Shown: positions 1-9,218 of the stretch, in pieces
Position numbering within the stretch: the first letter of the stretch is position 1
Layout of the letters: every line of letters begins with the position of its first letter
NCBI GenBank assembly: GCA_031411135.1
Contig: JANOAN010000004.1
Location: 1-61,350 of the forward strand
Length of the DNA stretch: 61,350 bases
Direction of reading: 5' to 3'
Origin: a bacterium
GTDB taxonomy: Bacteria; Patescibacteriota; Minisyncoccia; Phycocordibacterales; CAIZLB01
Notes under the pieces: model-generated
Told to the model about the DNA's origin: nothing
The model's input: only the letters and a program-made list of their open reading frames with translations
The model's database searches: none
Translations under genes and position numbers: made by a program

Positions 1-835
1 AGGGCTTATTGATCCACAGCTAGAAGTCCGTCCAATCATTTCAGGTGAAGGTTATACCGGTCAGATTTTTGATTTTATAAACGAGGCTGAAAAAGTAATA
101 AAGAACAATCAACGTGCCATTGCTACTACACTTACAAAAAAGATGGCAGAGGACTTGACGGAATTTTTAAAAGAGAAAAATATAAAAACAAAATATGTTC
201 ACAGTGATGTGGAAACACTAGAGCGAATTCAAATTTTAACTGAATTTAGAAAAGGAGAATTTGATGTGCTTGTTGGAGTAAACTTGCTACGAGAAGGGTT
301 GGACTTACCGGAAGTTTCTTTTATTGGAATTTTAGATGCGGACAAAGAAGGATTTTTACGTTCAGAAACCGCACTTATTCAGACGATTGGTCGTGCTGCG
401 CGAAACGTGGATGGTCATGTGATCCTCTACGCTGACAGTATTACCGGATCAATGGAGAGGGCAATTGGAGAAACAAATCGCCGTCGAACTGTGCAAATGG
501 AATATAACAAAAAACACGGAATTACTCCTAAAACTATTATTAAAAAGATTCAGGATATTACGGAGGCGATCGCGAGCGAGCACCAAAAAACCGTTTCAAA
601 TATTTTGATATTGGAGCAAAAAGAATTTGATAAAAATCCAAAGAAATTTATTAAGATGCGTGAGAAGCAAATGAATCAGGCGGTGAAGGCGCTGGATTTT
701 GAAACGGCCGCGATTTTAAGAGATGAGATTAAGGTCTTGGCAGAGAGGATTATGAAAGCAGATAAGAAAATTGAGAAGGAAAAGAAGGAATTGAACAAAG
801 GTGTGAGGGCAAAAAAACAGTGGATGCAGGGGTAG
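1..835 (+). CDS. uvrB: Excinuclease ABC subunit B, C-terminal part (5' end lies upstream of the window)
   Basis: Frame 2 is open from base 2 ([12 protein letters not shown]...[15 protein letters not shown]). Helicase C-terminal motifs [12 protein letters not shown] and QTIGRAARN are present, plus a C-terminal UVR motif ([14 protein letters not shown]). TAG stop at 833-835. Confidence 0.95.
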   Translation, partial: GLIDPQLEVRPIISGEGYTGQIFDFINEAEKVIKNNQRAIATTLTKKMAEDLTEFLKEKNIKTKYVHSDVETLERIQILTEFRKGEFDVLVGVNLLREGLDLPEVSFIGILDADKEGFLRSETALIQTIGRAARNVDGHVILYADSITGSMERAIGETNRRRTVQMEYNKKHGITPKTIIKKIQDITEAIASEHQKTVSNILILEQKEFDKNPKKFIKMREKQMNQAVKALDFETAAILRDEIKVLAERIMKADKKIEKEKKELNKGVRAKKQWMQG

Positions 836-930
836 AAAATGGGTGATAGACTTTAAGTCAGGCTAGTCCTTTGATTTCGGTTCGGAGGATTGTGGAGGCA
901 TTCTAATTTAACCCCAGAAAGGAGGTCGTT

Positions 931-1380
931 ATGAAGTATATGTTTCTAATCCTGGCGGCCTTTGTTTTTACATGGCATCCAGGAAAATCAGAAAAAGAAA
1001 AACATGAGGAAGCTCGTGAAAGATGTTATGCCGAACACTGTAAGATCGCAGAAAAAATCATGAAAAGGGAAGTTTGGTGGATACAACGCCCTGGTGTCAT
1101 TACCGAAAACCAAGATGGAACTGGTGAGCTGATTAATTTCTGTACGGCGCCGTCTGCAGAAAATGATTTTTACAAACCAGGACTTTTCACAGGACTCAGG
1201 AAAATGTTTGAGGTTAGTGCCGACACTTGTCCTGATCTCGTGGGTCGTGCAAAACAAGAATGGCCGATTCAACCGGAGGTTCGGTTTGAAAGGTTCGAGA
1301 CAAATACCGGAGGTAAGAGGTTTCTCGTCTGCAATGGGTTGCTGTGGATGAGGTTCGTTGATTCAAATTCGTCACCGTAG
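931..1380 (+). CDS. Hypothetical protein (149 aa) with N-terminal hydrophobic segment; GC-rich cassette A
   Basis: The ATG is preceded by GGAGG (921-925). N-terminus MKYMFLILAAFVF. No family recognised. Composition is visibly GC-richer than uvrB and uvrA. Confidence 0.55.
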   Translation: MKYMFLILAAFVFTWHPGKSEKEKHEEARERCYAEHCKIAEKIMKREVWWIQRPGVITENQDGTGELINFCTAPSAENDFYKPGLFTGLRKMFEVSADTCPDLVGRAKQEWPIQPEVRFERFETNTGGKRFLVCNGLLWMRFVDSNSSP

Positions 1381-1544
1381 TGCAAAGATTCGTCTAGGCA
1401 TTCTGGTGGCGAGTTTTTGTATTGGGTTGATAAGATTTTAAGATTGGACTACCATGGTACTCGGAACAGAGTTCCAGTGTTTTTGGCGTTTTTACGTCGA
1501 GGACTATCACCCACAACAAGAAATTCAAAATAGAAAGGTAAATT

Positions 1545-2171
1545 ATGCTCAGAAAAGGTCACCCAACAAGGTGGATGGCTACCATTATCGGGAAGCCAAA
1601 TGCAGGAAAAGGGACGCTCTTTAACGAGCTGAAAAAGCGGTTCAACGGATTTATCGAGGTCAGCCTTGGTGATATCTGTCGATGGCACAAAACTCAAAAC
1701 ACAGAGCTTTGGAAGGAATCTGAAAAGTACATGCGGGTTAATGAAACCAGCTTGTGGCCAAGTGAAGCTCTATGCTCTGCGGTGGATCATCATCTCGAAG
1801 TTTGCGATGAAGGTGGAGTCCTTATTTTCGACGGCTTGCCGCGTCGCACCGACCAAGTAGAGTTGGCGTGCGAGTTGGCGCATCGATTCGGGTGCGACGG
1901 GATTCGTGTTTTTCACGTTGAGACTGCTGACTCAGTGTGCGAAGAACGGGCTGCTACTAGACAGCGCCCAGACGACGCTGAAATCGCCAGGAGGCTATAC
2001 GAGTATCACGAGTACACTCTTCCTGCGATCTCCGCACTTTTGAACTGCGGTGCTATCCATGTCAACTTCGTGACGCTAGACAGTACCGAAATGAAAGCAA
2101 TGGCTCCAGGTTATGCACAGGCCATTGCTACACTTCAAGGTCTTCAACCACGAGTGCTTGTCAGCACTTAG
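1545..2171 (+). CDS. Adenylate-kinase-like P-loop nucleoside-monophosphate kinase (208 aa); GC-rich cassette A
   Basis: P-loop IIGKPNAGKGT, a DGLPRR motif (compare DGFPRT of Adk) and a short LID-like RQRPDD segment. AAAGG lies 8 nt upstream of the ATG. A strong terminator follows. Confidence 0.6.
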   Translation: MLRKGHPTRWMATIIGKPNAGKGTLFNELKKRFNGFIEVSLGDICRWHKTQNTELWKESEKYMRVNETSLWPSEALCSAVDHHLEVCDEGGVLIFDGLPRRTDQVELACELAHRFGCDGIRVFHVETADSVCEERAATRQRPDDAEIARRLYEYHEYTLPAISALLNCGAIHVNFVTLDSTEMKAMAPGYAQAIATLQGLQPRVLVST

Positions 2172-2196
2172 TGATACTTCCAGTGTTCATAACCCA

Positions 2197-2232
2197 CGCG
2201 CCGCCACCCTTCGGGGAGGCGGCGCGTTTTGA
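2197..2232 (+). terminator. Intrinsic terminator of cassette A
   Basis: GCGCCGCC (2198-2205) pairs with GGCGGCGC (2219-2226), followed by a T-run. Confidence 0.8.
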
Positions 2233-2333
2233 TTTCTGCTAAACATTTACAAACCCCCTAAAAAAGCTTAATATATCTTCACATAAATCACACACCCCCA
2301 CACGGACCGTCCATGGGGTTTTTCACATAATAT

Positions 2334-4964
2334 ATGTCAAAAAATAAACCACTCGTCAAAGCTTCAAAAACAGGCTTCCACTCTGAAAGCGATAAGATTA
2401 TCGTAAAGGGTGCGCGTACCCACAACTTGAAGGACATCACGGTTGAAATGCCACGAAATAAAATGGTGGTGATTACGGGACTTTCAGGTTCTGGAAAATC
2501 ATCTTTAGCATTCGATACAATTTTTGCTGAAGGCCAGCGACGTTACATCGAATCTCTTTCTTCATATGCCCGACAGTTCTTGAGGCAAATGCAGAAGCCG
2601 GACGTTGATGAAATAGTGGGCTTGTCACCTGCAATTTCAATTGATCAAAAGTCTCGATCAAATAATCCTCGATCAACAGTTGCAACAATTACAGAAATTT
2701 ACGATTATCTTCGAATTCTTTTTGCACGAATTGGAAAGCCACATTGTTTGGAGTGTGGAAGAGAAATTAAAAAACTTTCTAAAGAAGAAATCCTCGAATC
2801 AATTTTTGCTACTGTAAAATCAATCGATACATCTTCAAAAACTAAAAAAGTGATGGGGGTCGAAATTGATAAGTCTACTTTTAAAATCTATTCACCAGTA
2901 GTTGTTGGACGAAAAGGAGAGTATTACCAATTACTGTATGATCTTCTCGGTAAAGGATACGAGGAGGTGCGTGTAGATGGTGTAGTCAAGAAACTTCGCG
3001 AACAAATCATTCTTTCTAAAACAAAGAAACATAATATCGATGTGTTGGTAGACCAATTTTATATTTCAGAAATCAAAGAGAATACTCCTGCCTTCCGCGA
3101 GCGATTAAATGAAGCGATTGAAAAAGGGCTTACGGAATCAGAGGGATTGTTGCGTATCGTGACGGACAACGCCGACAAGTTGATTTCGTCAAAATTTATG
3201 TGCCCATACGATGGATTTTCATTTCCAGAAGTTGAGCCGCGATTATTCTCTTTCAACTCTCCATACGGTGCTTGTCCTGAGTGTAATGGATTGGGTACAA
3301 GAGAGTTTTTTATTATGGATCCATGTAAGGTTTGTAATGGAGCAAGGCTGCGACCTGAGGCCTTGCACGTTTTCTTGATGGAAGAGGGAGGAAAGAAGAC
3401 AAATATTGTAGAAACAACCGCAATGACTATTGCGGAGGCGTTAGATTTTTTCATTGGTCTTCCTTTAAGTCAAAAAGAAAGAGAAATTTCAAAAGTAATT
3501 GTAAAGGAAATCCTTTCGCGTTTGGAATTTATGAATGATGTGGGTATTGATTACTTGTCACTTGATCGACGGGCAAACACTTTGTCAGGAGGAGAGGCTC
3601 AGCGAATTAGACTTGCTTCACAATTAGGGTCGGGACTTGTGGGAGCTTTGTATGTACTGGACGAACCGACAATTGGACTTCATCAGCGCGATAATGACAG
3701 GTTGATTAAAACTTTGGTACAGTTGCGAGATCTTGGTAATACTGTGATTGTTGTAGAGCATGACGAGGATACAATTTTTGCCGCTGATTATATTATAGAT
3801 ATTGGTCCTGGAGCAGGAGTGCACGGCGGGCATGTTGTTGTTTCAGGTTGGTTGGATGAACTTTTAACTGCCAAAAAGAATGATTCAAATTCGCTCACCC
3901 TTTCATATCTTCGAGGTGAAACAATGGTTGAAGTGCCAGAAGAGCGTCGTGAGGAAGATCGCGGAATGATTAGGATCACAGGTGGAAAGGTAAATAATAT
4001 TAAAAACTTAAATGTAGATTTGCCACTTGGACGATTAACCACGGTTACAGGAGTTTCAGGTTCTGGTAAGTCTTCTTTTGTTTATGAGATTTTACATAAA
4101 AACTTACAAGCCAAGTTTGATAAGGCCTACCGCACTGCTCATGTGCATAACTGTACAAGCTTTACCGGAACAGAATATTTGGGGCGTTCAATTTTAATCG
4201 ACCAATCTCCAATAGGAAGAACCCCACGTTCAAACCCTGCAACTTACACAGGAGCATTTACTTTCATGCGAGATATGTTTGCAGAAACCGAGGAGGCACG
4301 AGCTCGAGGTTGGACTTCTAGCCGGTTCTCTTTCAACGTCAAAGGTGGGCGTTGCGAAACTTGTCAGGGAAATGGAATGATCGAAGTAGAAATGCACTTT
4401 TTGCCAACAGTATATGTTCAATGTGATGTGTGTAATGGAAAGCGATTTATGAAGGAAACTTTGGAGGTAAAATATAAAAAGAAAAATATTTATGAAGTTC
4501 TGAAAATGACAGTAGAGGAGGCGCTAGCTTTTTTTGAGGATGTGCCTTCGATTGCAGATCGCCTTGAAACTTTAAATGAGGTAGGTCTTGGATATCTCGA
4601 ACTTGGACAGTCTGCAACAACACTATCAGGTGGAGAGGCACAGCGCGTGAAAATTTCTGCAGAACTTTATCGACCACACGTTCAAAAATCTATTTATATT
4701 TTAGATGAACCAACAGTGGGACTTCACTACGAAGACGTACGAAAATTGGTAGAAATTCTTCAAAAACTAGTTCAAAAAGGAAACACAGTTGTTGTTATTG
4801 AACACAATATGGATGTTATAAAATGTTCAGATTATATAATCGACATTGGTCCAGAGGGAGGGGTGCGCGGAGGAAACATTGTAGCGAAGGGGACGCCAGA
4901 AGAAGTGGCAAATAATCCAAAGAGTTTTACTGGTCAGTATCTAAAGAAGGTGTTGAATAAGTAG
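2334..4964 (+). CDS. uvrA: Excinuclease ABC subunit A (876 aa)
   Basis: Two ABC ATPase modules (GLSGSGKSSLAF, GVSGSGKSSF; LSGGEAQR twice). Zinc-finger cysteines CLECG, CPECNG, CETCQGNG and CDVCNG. Confidence 0.97.
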   Translation: MSKNKPLVKASKTGFHSESDKIIVKGARTHNLKDITVEMPRNKMVVITGLSGSGKSSLAFDTIFAEGQRRYIESLSSYARQFLRQMQKPDVDEIVGLSPAISIDQKSRSNNPRSTVATITEIYDYLRILFARIGKPHCLECGREIKKLSKEEILESIFATVKSIDTSSKTKKVMGVEIDKSTFKIYSPVVVGRKGEYYQLLYDLLGKGYEEVRVDGVVKKLREQIILSKTKKHNIDVLVDQFYISEIKENTPAFRERLNEAIEKGLTESEGLLRIVTDNADKLISSKFMCPYDGFSFPEVEPRLFSFNSPYGACPECNGLGTREFFIMDPCKVCNGARLRPEALHVFLMEEGGKKTNIVETTAMTIAEALDFFIGLPLSQKEREISKVIVKEILSRLEFMNDVGIDYLSLDRRANTLSGGEAQRIRLASQLGSGLVGALYVLDEPTIGLHQRDNDRLIKTLVQLRDLGNTVIVVEHDEDTIFAADYIIDIGPGAGVHGGHVVVSGWLDELLTAKKNDSNSLTLSYLRGETMVEVPEERREEDRGMIRITGGKVNNIKNLNVDLPLGRLTTVTGVSGSGKSSFVYEILHKNLQAKFDKAYRTAHVHNCTSFTGTEYLGRSILIDQSPIGRTPRSNPATYTGAFTFMRDMFAETEEARARGWTSSRFSFNVKGGRCETCQGNGMIEVEMHFLPTVYVQCDVCNGKRFMKETLEVKYKKKNIYEVLKMTVEEALAFFEDVPSIADRLETLNEVGLGYLELGQSATTLSGGEAQRVKISAELYRPHVQKSIYILDEPTVGLHYEDVRKLVEILQKLVQKGNTVVVIEHNMDVIKCSDYIIDIGPEGGVRGGNIVAKGTPEEVANNPKSFTGQYLKKVLNK

Positions 4965-4969
4965 GTAAA

Positions 4970-5162
4970 CAAAAGAGCGAGATGCAAATGCAGCTCGCTC
5001 GTGAAAAATTGGTCAATATGACCGGTCCCCGAAGGGATGAAAGATCTGGCACGTTAGGGATGCCGGGCCGGTAGAAGAGAAAATCTGTGGTCGTTGTATG
5101 GCAACCAAATTCCAACAACTACCGGCCCGAACCACCCTAACATGTTGCACACTTTGTGCATA
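4970..5162 (-). ncRNA. Candidate ~190-nt structured RNA of unknown class (strand inferred from promoter and terminator)
   Basis: GC-rich intergenic block. Nested perfect helices: GTTAGGG 5053-5059 with CCCTAAC 5135-5141, and CGGGCCGGTAG 5064-5074 with CTACCGGCCCG 5119-5129. On the minus strand there is TTGACT (5192-5197), a 17-nt spacer, then TATATT (5169-5174). A hairpin GAGCGAG/CTCGCTC (4975-5000) has a T-run only on the minus strand. Confidence 0.35.
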
Positions 5163-5173
5163 CTCAGTAATAT
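5145..5173 (+). promoter_or_regulatory. Candidate uvrC promoter (TTGCAC-17-TAATAT) overlapped by the palindrome TGCACActtTGTGCA
   Basis: -35 at 5145-5150 and -10 at 5168-5173. The 15-bp palindrome lies at 5146-5160. Confidence 0.4.
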
Positions 5174-5185
5174 ATACTCAAAAAC

Positions 5186-6391
5186 ATGAAAAGTCAAGAA
5201 GTCAATAAAATCATAACTAAGAAAAAAATCCCAGATTCTCCTGGCGTCTATTTATTCAAGCAAAATAAGGGTATTTTATATATTGGCAAGGCCACCAGTC
5301 TTAAAGACCGTATTAAAAGTTACTTTTCTAATGACCTGATTAAAACTCGAGGTATGCTCCTGGTTGACATGGTTTCTAGGGCAGATGATATTGATTTTAT
5401 TCCAACTGATTCAGTGCTTGAGGCGTTTATTCTGGAAAATGAACTTATTAAAAAACATCTTCCAACATTTAACACAAAAGAGAAAGATGACAAAAGTTTT
5501 AATTACGTAGTCATTACCAAGGAAAAATTTCCCTGTGTTCTAGTAGAGCGTGGTAAAGATTTGGACAAGAAAAAATATGCACATGTATTTGGACCGTACC
5601 CTTATGCGCCACAATTGCGCGAAGCTCTCAAACTGATTAGAAAAATTTTTCCATTCAGAGATACTTGCAAGCTCGATCAACAACGTCCATGTTTTAACTA
5701 TTCTATAGATCTTTGCCCAGGTGTTTGTGCCGGTAAAATGCTTGCAAAAGAATATTCGCAAAATATCCGACACCTTGTTTTGTTTTTCCAAGGCAAGAAA
5801 AAAAATTTGGTAAAAGTTTTAAATAAAGAAATCAAAGAATACGCAAAAGTATTGAATTTTGAGAAATGTGCAGAGATAAAACAAACTTTGAATTCACTCG
5901 GGCACATTCAGGATGTTTCTATGATTAAAAGAGAAAGTCCAAAAAATTCTTCGCGAATAGAAGCATACGACATCGCTCACATGTCTGGAAAAAACATGGT
6001 TGGAGTGATGGTGGTTTTAAACAACGGAGAATTTGATAAAAATGAATATAGGAAATTTAATATTCAAACGGTCGATGGTCCAAACGATACAAAAGCTCTA
6101 GCTGAAATTTTAAAGAGAAGGTTTGCACATCCTGAATGGACACTACCTAATCTAGTGGTAGTGGATGGAGGTGTTGCACAATTAAATGCGGCCAAGGAAG
6201 TTATACCCAAAGAAGTTACATTGATTTCAATCGTTAAAAATGAAAGGCATAAGGCGAGGGAAATTCTTACTTCTGGAAACATTTCGATTGATGTTTCTAA
6301 AATTAAAAATGACATTATTAAAATTAATGCTGAAGCACATCGTTTTGCGATTACTTTCCATAGGAAAAAGAGAGGGGAGCTACCAGTTTAA
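5186..6391 (+). CDS. uvrC: Excinuclease ABC subunit C, short form (401 aa) without a C-terminal (HhH)2 region
   Basis: GIY-YIG (GVYLFKQNKGILYIGKATSLKDRIKSYF), a UVR-like helix (FEKCAEIKQTLNSL) and the endonuclease core (IEAYDIAHMSG...VVVDGGVAQLNAA...AHRFAITFHRKKR). The ORF stops right after the AHRFAI motif. Confidence 0.9.
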   Translation: MKSQEVNKIITKKKIPDSPGVYLFKQNKGILYIGKATSLKDRIKSYFSNDLIKTRGMLLVDMVSRADDIDFIPTDSVLEAFILENELIKKHLPTFNTKEKDDKSFNYVVITKEKFPCVLVERGKDLDKKKYAHVFGPYPYAPQLREALKLIRKIFPFRDTCKLDQQRPCFNYSIDLCPGVCAGKMLAKEYSQNIRHLVLFFQGKKKNLVKVLNKEIKEYAKVLNFEKCAEIKQTLNSLGHIQDVSMIKRESPKNSSRIEAYDIAHMSGKNMVGVMVVLNNGEFDKNEYRKFNIQTVDGPNDTKALAEILKRRFAHPEWTLPNLVVVDGGVAQLNAAKEVIPKEVTLISIVKNERHKAREILTSGNISIDVSKIKNDIIKINAEAHRFAITFHRKKRGELPV

Positions 6392-6394
6392 TTT

Positions 6395-8317
6395 CTACTC
6401 TACTATCTGCAATTCCATTGATCTGGTATCCAAATCTGCTTTAATTAATTTTACTTTCAATTTATCTCCCAACTTAAATTGTTTTTTGGTTCTTTGTCCA
6501 TTGATAACGTAATTTTTTGTATCTGCACTGTAAAAGTCGCTTGGAAGTAAATCTTTTAATCGGATTAGTCCTTCTGCTTTCGATTCTTCTTCTTCGACAA
6601 ACATACCCCATTCTGCAATACCTCCAACAGTTACATTTAATATTTGGCCGACTTTTCGTTCCATGTATTCAATCTGCTTGTATTTGATAGATGTGCGCTC
6701 TGCATCCGCTGCTTCAACTTCTCGTTTCGAGCAATCTGCACAGACTTTATCAAGCGAGCTCATAAGTTCAGCAGAAACTTTTTCACCACCTTGGATACTT
6801 TGCATAATTCTGTGAACAATCAAATCGGCATAGCGACGAATAGGGGAGGTGAATTGCGTATAGTAAGTAAATGCCAATCCAAAATGTCCAATATTTTTTG
6901 TAGAATATTCTGCTTTTGCCATTGAACGTAGGGTTGCAGTTTTAATTGTAGCCTCGGCACTAGATCCACCCACTTCCTTAAGGAGTGTCTGAATGTCTTT
7001 GGATTTCATATTTTTGTGTGGGTGAAATTCAAAGCCAAGCGCTCTGACAAAAATTCCTAAATCTTCTAATCGTTCGATATTTGGCACATCGTGGATTCGG
7101 TAAACACCAGGAAGAGTTTTTCCCTCAGCGTTTTTATATTCGTCGTGTATGAATTTTGCCACTTCACGGTTTGCGAGAAGCATAAATTCCTCTACCAATT
7201 TGTGACTTTGCAATCGCTCCTTTTTGAAAACTGCAATTGGTTTTCCTTCCTCATCCAATTTAAATTTAATTTCTGTTGTTTCAAAATCAATTGCACCATG
7301 TTTGTGTCTTTCGTCGCCCATCTTTTTAGCGATTTCATTTAAAACTGTTAGCTGTTCAACACAATCGCCATCAATTTTAACAAGTCTTTCTTCTGCCTCT
7401 TCATAAGTAAATCGACGCGCTGAATGGATCACGGTCTTTCCAAACCAGCGTTCTTTTACATTGGCATTTTTATCCATTATGAATACTGCAGAGAATGAGA
7501 AACGGTCCTCGTTAGGGTTCAAACTACATACATCCGTTGAAAGGACGCTAGGGAGCATGGGAATAGTTCGATCTACTAGGTATACAGAGAAAGCGCGCTT
7601 GCGAGCTTCTTTGTCCAATTCTGTTCCTTCACGCACGAAATGTGATACATCTGCAATATGAACACCGATTTCTAAATTTCCGTCAGGTAGCTCCTTCAGA
7701 GAGATTGCGTCATCAAAGTCTTTTGCATCAAACGGGTCAATTGTACAAGTCCAGGTCTGTCTGAAATCTTTTCTTTTCGCCATCTCGTCTGCATTTTCAC
7801 CTCGCAATTGTGCCGCTGATTCTGCAGCTTCTTTAAAAACCACTTCACTAAAAGTTGTATCAAAACCGCGCTCCGCTACAATCGCCTCCATTTCGGCGTT
7901 ATTGTCACCCTTAGCTCCAAAGACTTTTATAATTTCTCCACTTGGATTTCTCCCTTCTTTCCAATTGTCAAAATCGACTCGAACCTGAACCTTTGTATTG
8001 TCTTTAAGAGAATCTGGATTGGTAATAATAATAGTAATGTTTGATTTTAAATCATCAGTACGAAGTTTCCTATGTCCGTTTTCAGTAAAGATAGTTCCTA
8101 CAAAGCTAGTCTTTGAGCGTTCTACAATTTTAACAATTTTCCCTTGAGTTTCACCCCACTGATTTTGGAAAGTCGAAATCTCTACCGTGTCACGGTTTAG
8201 AGCAGTGCTGATATCAAGGGGATCAACCATCACGTCATCTTCTCGATCCTCGACACGAACAAAGCCACGGCCCTTGGCATTAATGCTAATAGTTCCAATT
8301 AAGTTTTTAGTATTCAT
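6395..8317 (-). CDS. rnr: Ribonuclease R / RNase II-family exoribonuclease (640 aa)
   Basis: RNB-domain motifs (DPFDAKDFDDAIS, YLVDRTIPMLP, GHFGLAFTYYTQFTSPIRRYADLIVHR) and a C-terminal S1-like domain. Confidence 0.92.
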   Translation of the reverse strand: MNTKNLIGTISINAKGRGFVRVEDREDDVMVDPLDISTALNRDTVEISTFQNQWGETQGKIVKIVERSKTSFVGTIFTENGHRKLRTDDLKSNITIIITNPDSLKDNTKVQVRVDFDNWKEGRNPSGEIIKVFGAKGDNNAEMEAIVAERGFDTTFSEVVFKEAAESAAQLRGENADEMAKRKDFRQTWTCTIDPFDAKDFDDAISLKELPDGNLEIGVHIADVSHFVREGTELDKEARKRAFSVYLVDRTIPMLPSVLSTDVCSLNPNEDRFSFSAVFIMDKNANVKERWFGKTVIHSARRFTYEEAEERLVKIDGDCVEQLTVLNEIAKKMGDERHKHGAIDFETTEIKFKLDEEGKPIAVFKKERLQSHKLVEEFMLLANREVAKFIHDEYKNAEGKTLPGVYRIHDVPNIERLEDLGIFVRALGFEFHPHKNMKSKDIQTLLKEVGGSSAEATIKTATLRSMAKAEYSTKNIGHFGLAFTYYTQFTSPIRRYADLIVHRIMQSIQGGEKVSAELMSSLDKVCADCSKREVEAADAERTSIKYKQIEYMERKVGQILNVTVGGIAEWGMFVEEEESKAEGLIRLKDLLPSDFYSADTKNYVINGQRTKKQFKLGDKLKVKLIKADLDTRSMELQIVE

Positions 8318-8389
8318 TAGATTACATGCTAGCAGAAAATATGGTTTTTTGGAAACTTACATTTTTGTGGTATTATTTTTGATAATTAT

Positions 8390-9085
8390 ATGTATCCTCC
8401 TCACAAGAAGACATGGCTTGAAAAGCTTCTTCCTCATTTTCATAAGCATGAAATACGCTTCATTGTGCTTTTTTCTGGTTTTTTCCTAGCCACAATTATT
8501 TTGTTGGCGGGTTTAGGGCTTGTACCCAGCGAGTTCCAATCTGCAACAAATAATTCTGGTTTTCTTGATAAAGTAAAAAACGCAGCAATAAGCCCAATAA
8601 CAGGAGGGGATAGTGATCCAATTATCATTCCTCAGGCAAAATATGAATATCCAAATAGAATTGTTATACCAGCGGTTGGAACTGATGGAGCCGTTAAAAA
8701 CCCCTCATCCATAAATATCGATGTCTTAGATAATGCACTTACAGAAGGTGCGGTTAGATATCCTGGGTCAGGTGTGCCAGGTATTGGAAATATGTTTATT
8801 TTTGGACACAGTACTGGTTTTAAAATTGTACAAAATAATGCTTATAAAATTTTTAATAAAATCAAAAATGTTAAGGAGGGAGATGAGGTTCAGGTTTTTT
8901 CTGATAAAAATGTTTATATTTACAAAGTCACTACTGTGGAAGAAGTTAATAAAGATGAAACACTCGTAGAATTCAATACAAAAGGCCCAGCAATGCTGAC
9001 TTTATCGACCTGTGATAGTTTCGGCTCAAAAACTGATAGATTTGTGGTGAAGGCGGTATTTGATAGAGTACTCGCTCTAAGATAG
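8390..9085 (+). CDS. Sortase-family transpeptidase (231 aa)
   Basis: N-terminal TM anchor, a catalytic His context (MFIFGHS) and the TLSTC active-site motif. A downstream Arg is present (DRFVVKA). Confidence 0.85.
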   Translation: MYPPHKKTWLEKLLPHFHKHEIRFIVLFSGFFLATIILLAGLGLVPSEFQSATNNSGFLDKVKNAAISPITGGDSDPIIIPQAKYEYPNRIVIPAVGTDGAVKNPSSINIDVLDNALTEGAVRYPGSGVPGIGNMFIFGHSTGFKIVQNNAYKIFNKIKNVKEGDEVQVFSDKNVYIYKVTTVEEVNKDETLVEFNTKGPAMLTLSTCDSFGSKTDRFVVKAVFDRVLALR

Positions 9086-9182
9086 GTTAATTAAAATTGG
9101 AGAATTACCCTTATTTTTGAAAGTTTTTTGACACACATTGATAATATTTTGTCAGTATATTTGGAGTATGTCTAGGTAGACA

Positions 9183-9210
9183 TTGACAATATGTATATAT
9201 AGTATATAAT
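9183..9210 (+). promoter_or_regulatory. Promoter TTGACA-16-TATAAT, 8 nt upstream of the ATG (near-leaderless)
   Basis: TTGACA at 9183-9188 and TATAAT at 9205-9210, with the ATG at 9219. No SD in between. A 16-bp near-palindrome ATGTCTAGGTAGACAT (9168-9183) abuts the -35. Confidence 0.55.
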
Positions 9211-9218
9211 GTATATAT

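Noticed and set aside
3059-3454. Antisense or overlapping ORFs inside conserved genes (also 37118-37648, 38606-38995, 52601-53170, 59624-60139, 60562-60882, 14532-14891, 15720-16083 and 40796-41182)
   Set aside because: Each lies fully within a confidently identified housekeeping CDS on the opposite strand and has low-complexity, non-family sequence.
4927-5118. 63-aa minus-strand ORF across the uvrA-uvrC spacer
   Set aside because: It overlaps the uvrA 3' end and the terminator hairpin and has no RBS. The region is better explained by nested RNA helices.
4970-5162. Identification of the structured spacer as SRP (4.5S) RNA or RNase P RNA
   Set aside because: It resembles GGAAG/GAGGAAAGUCC-type motifs only loosely (CCCGAAGGGAUGAAAGAUCUGG). 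The SRP domain IV consensus is lacking, and the region is too short for RNase P. It is left unassigned.
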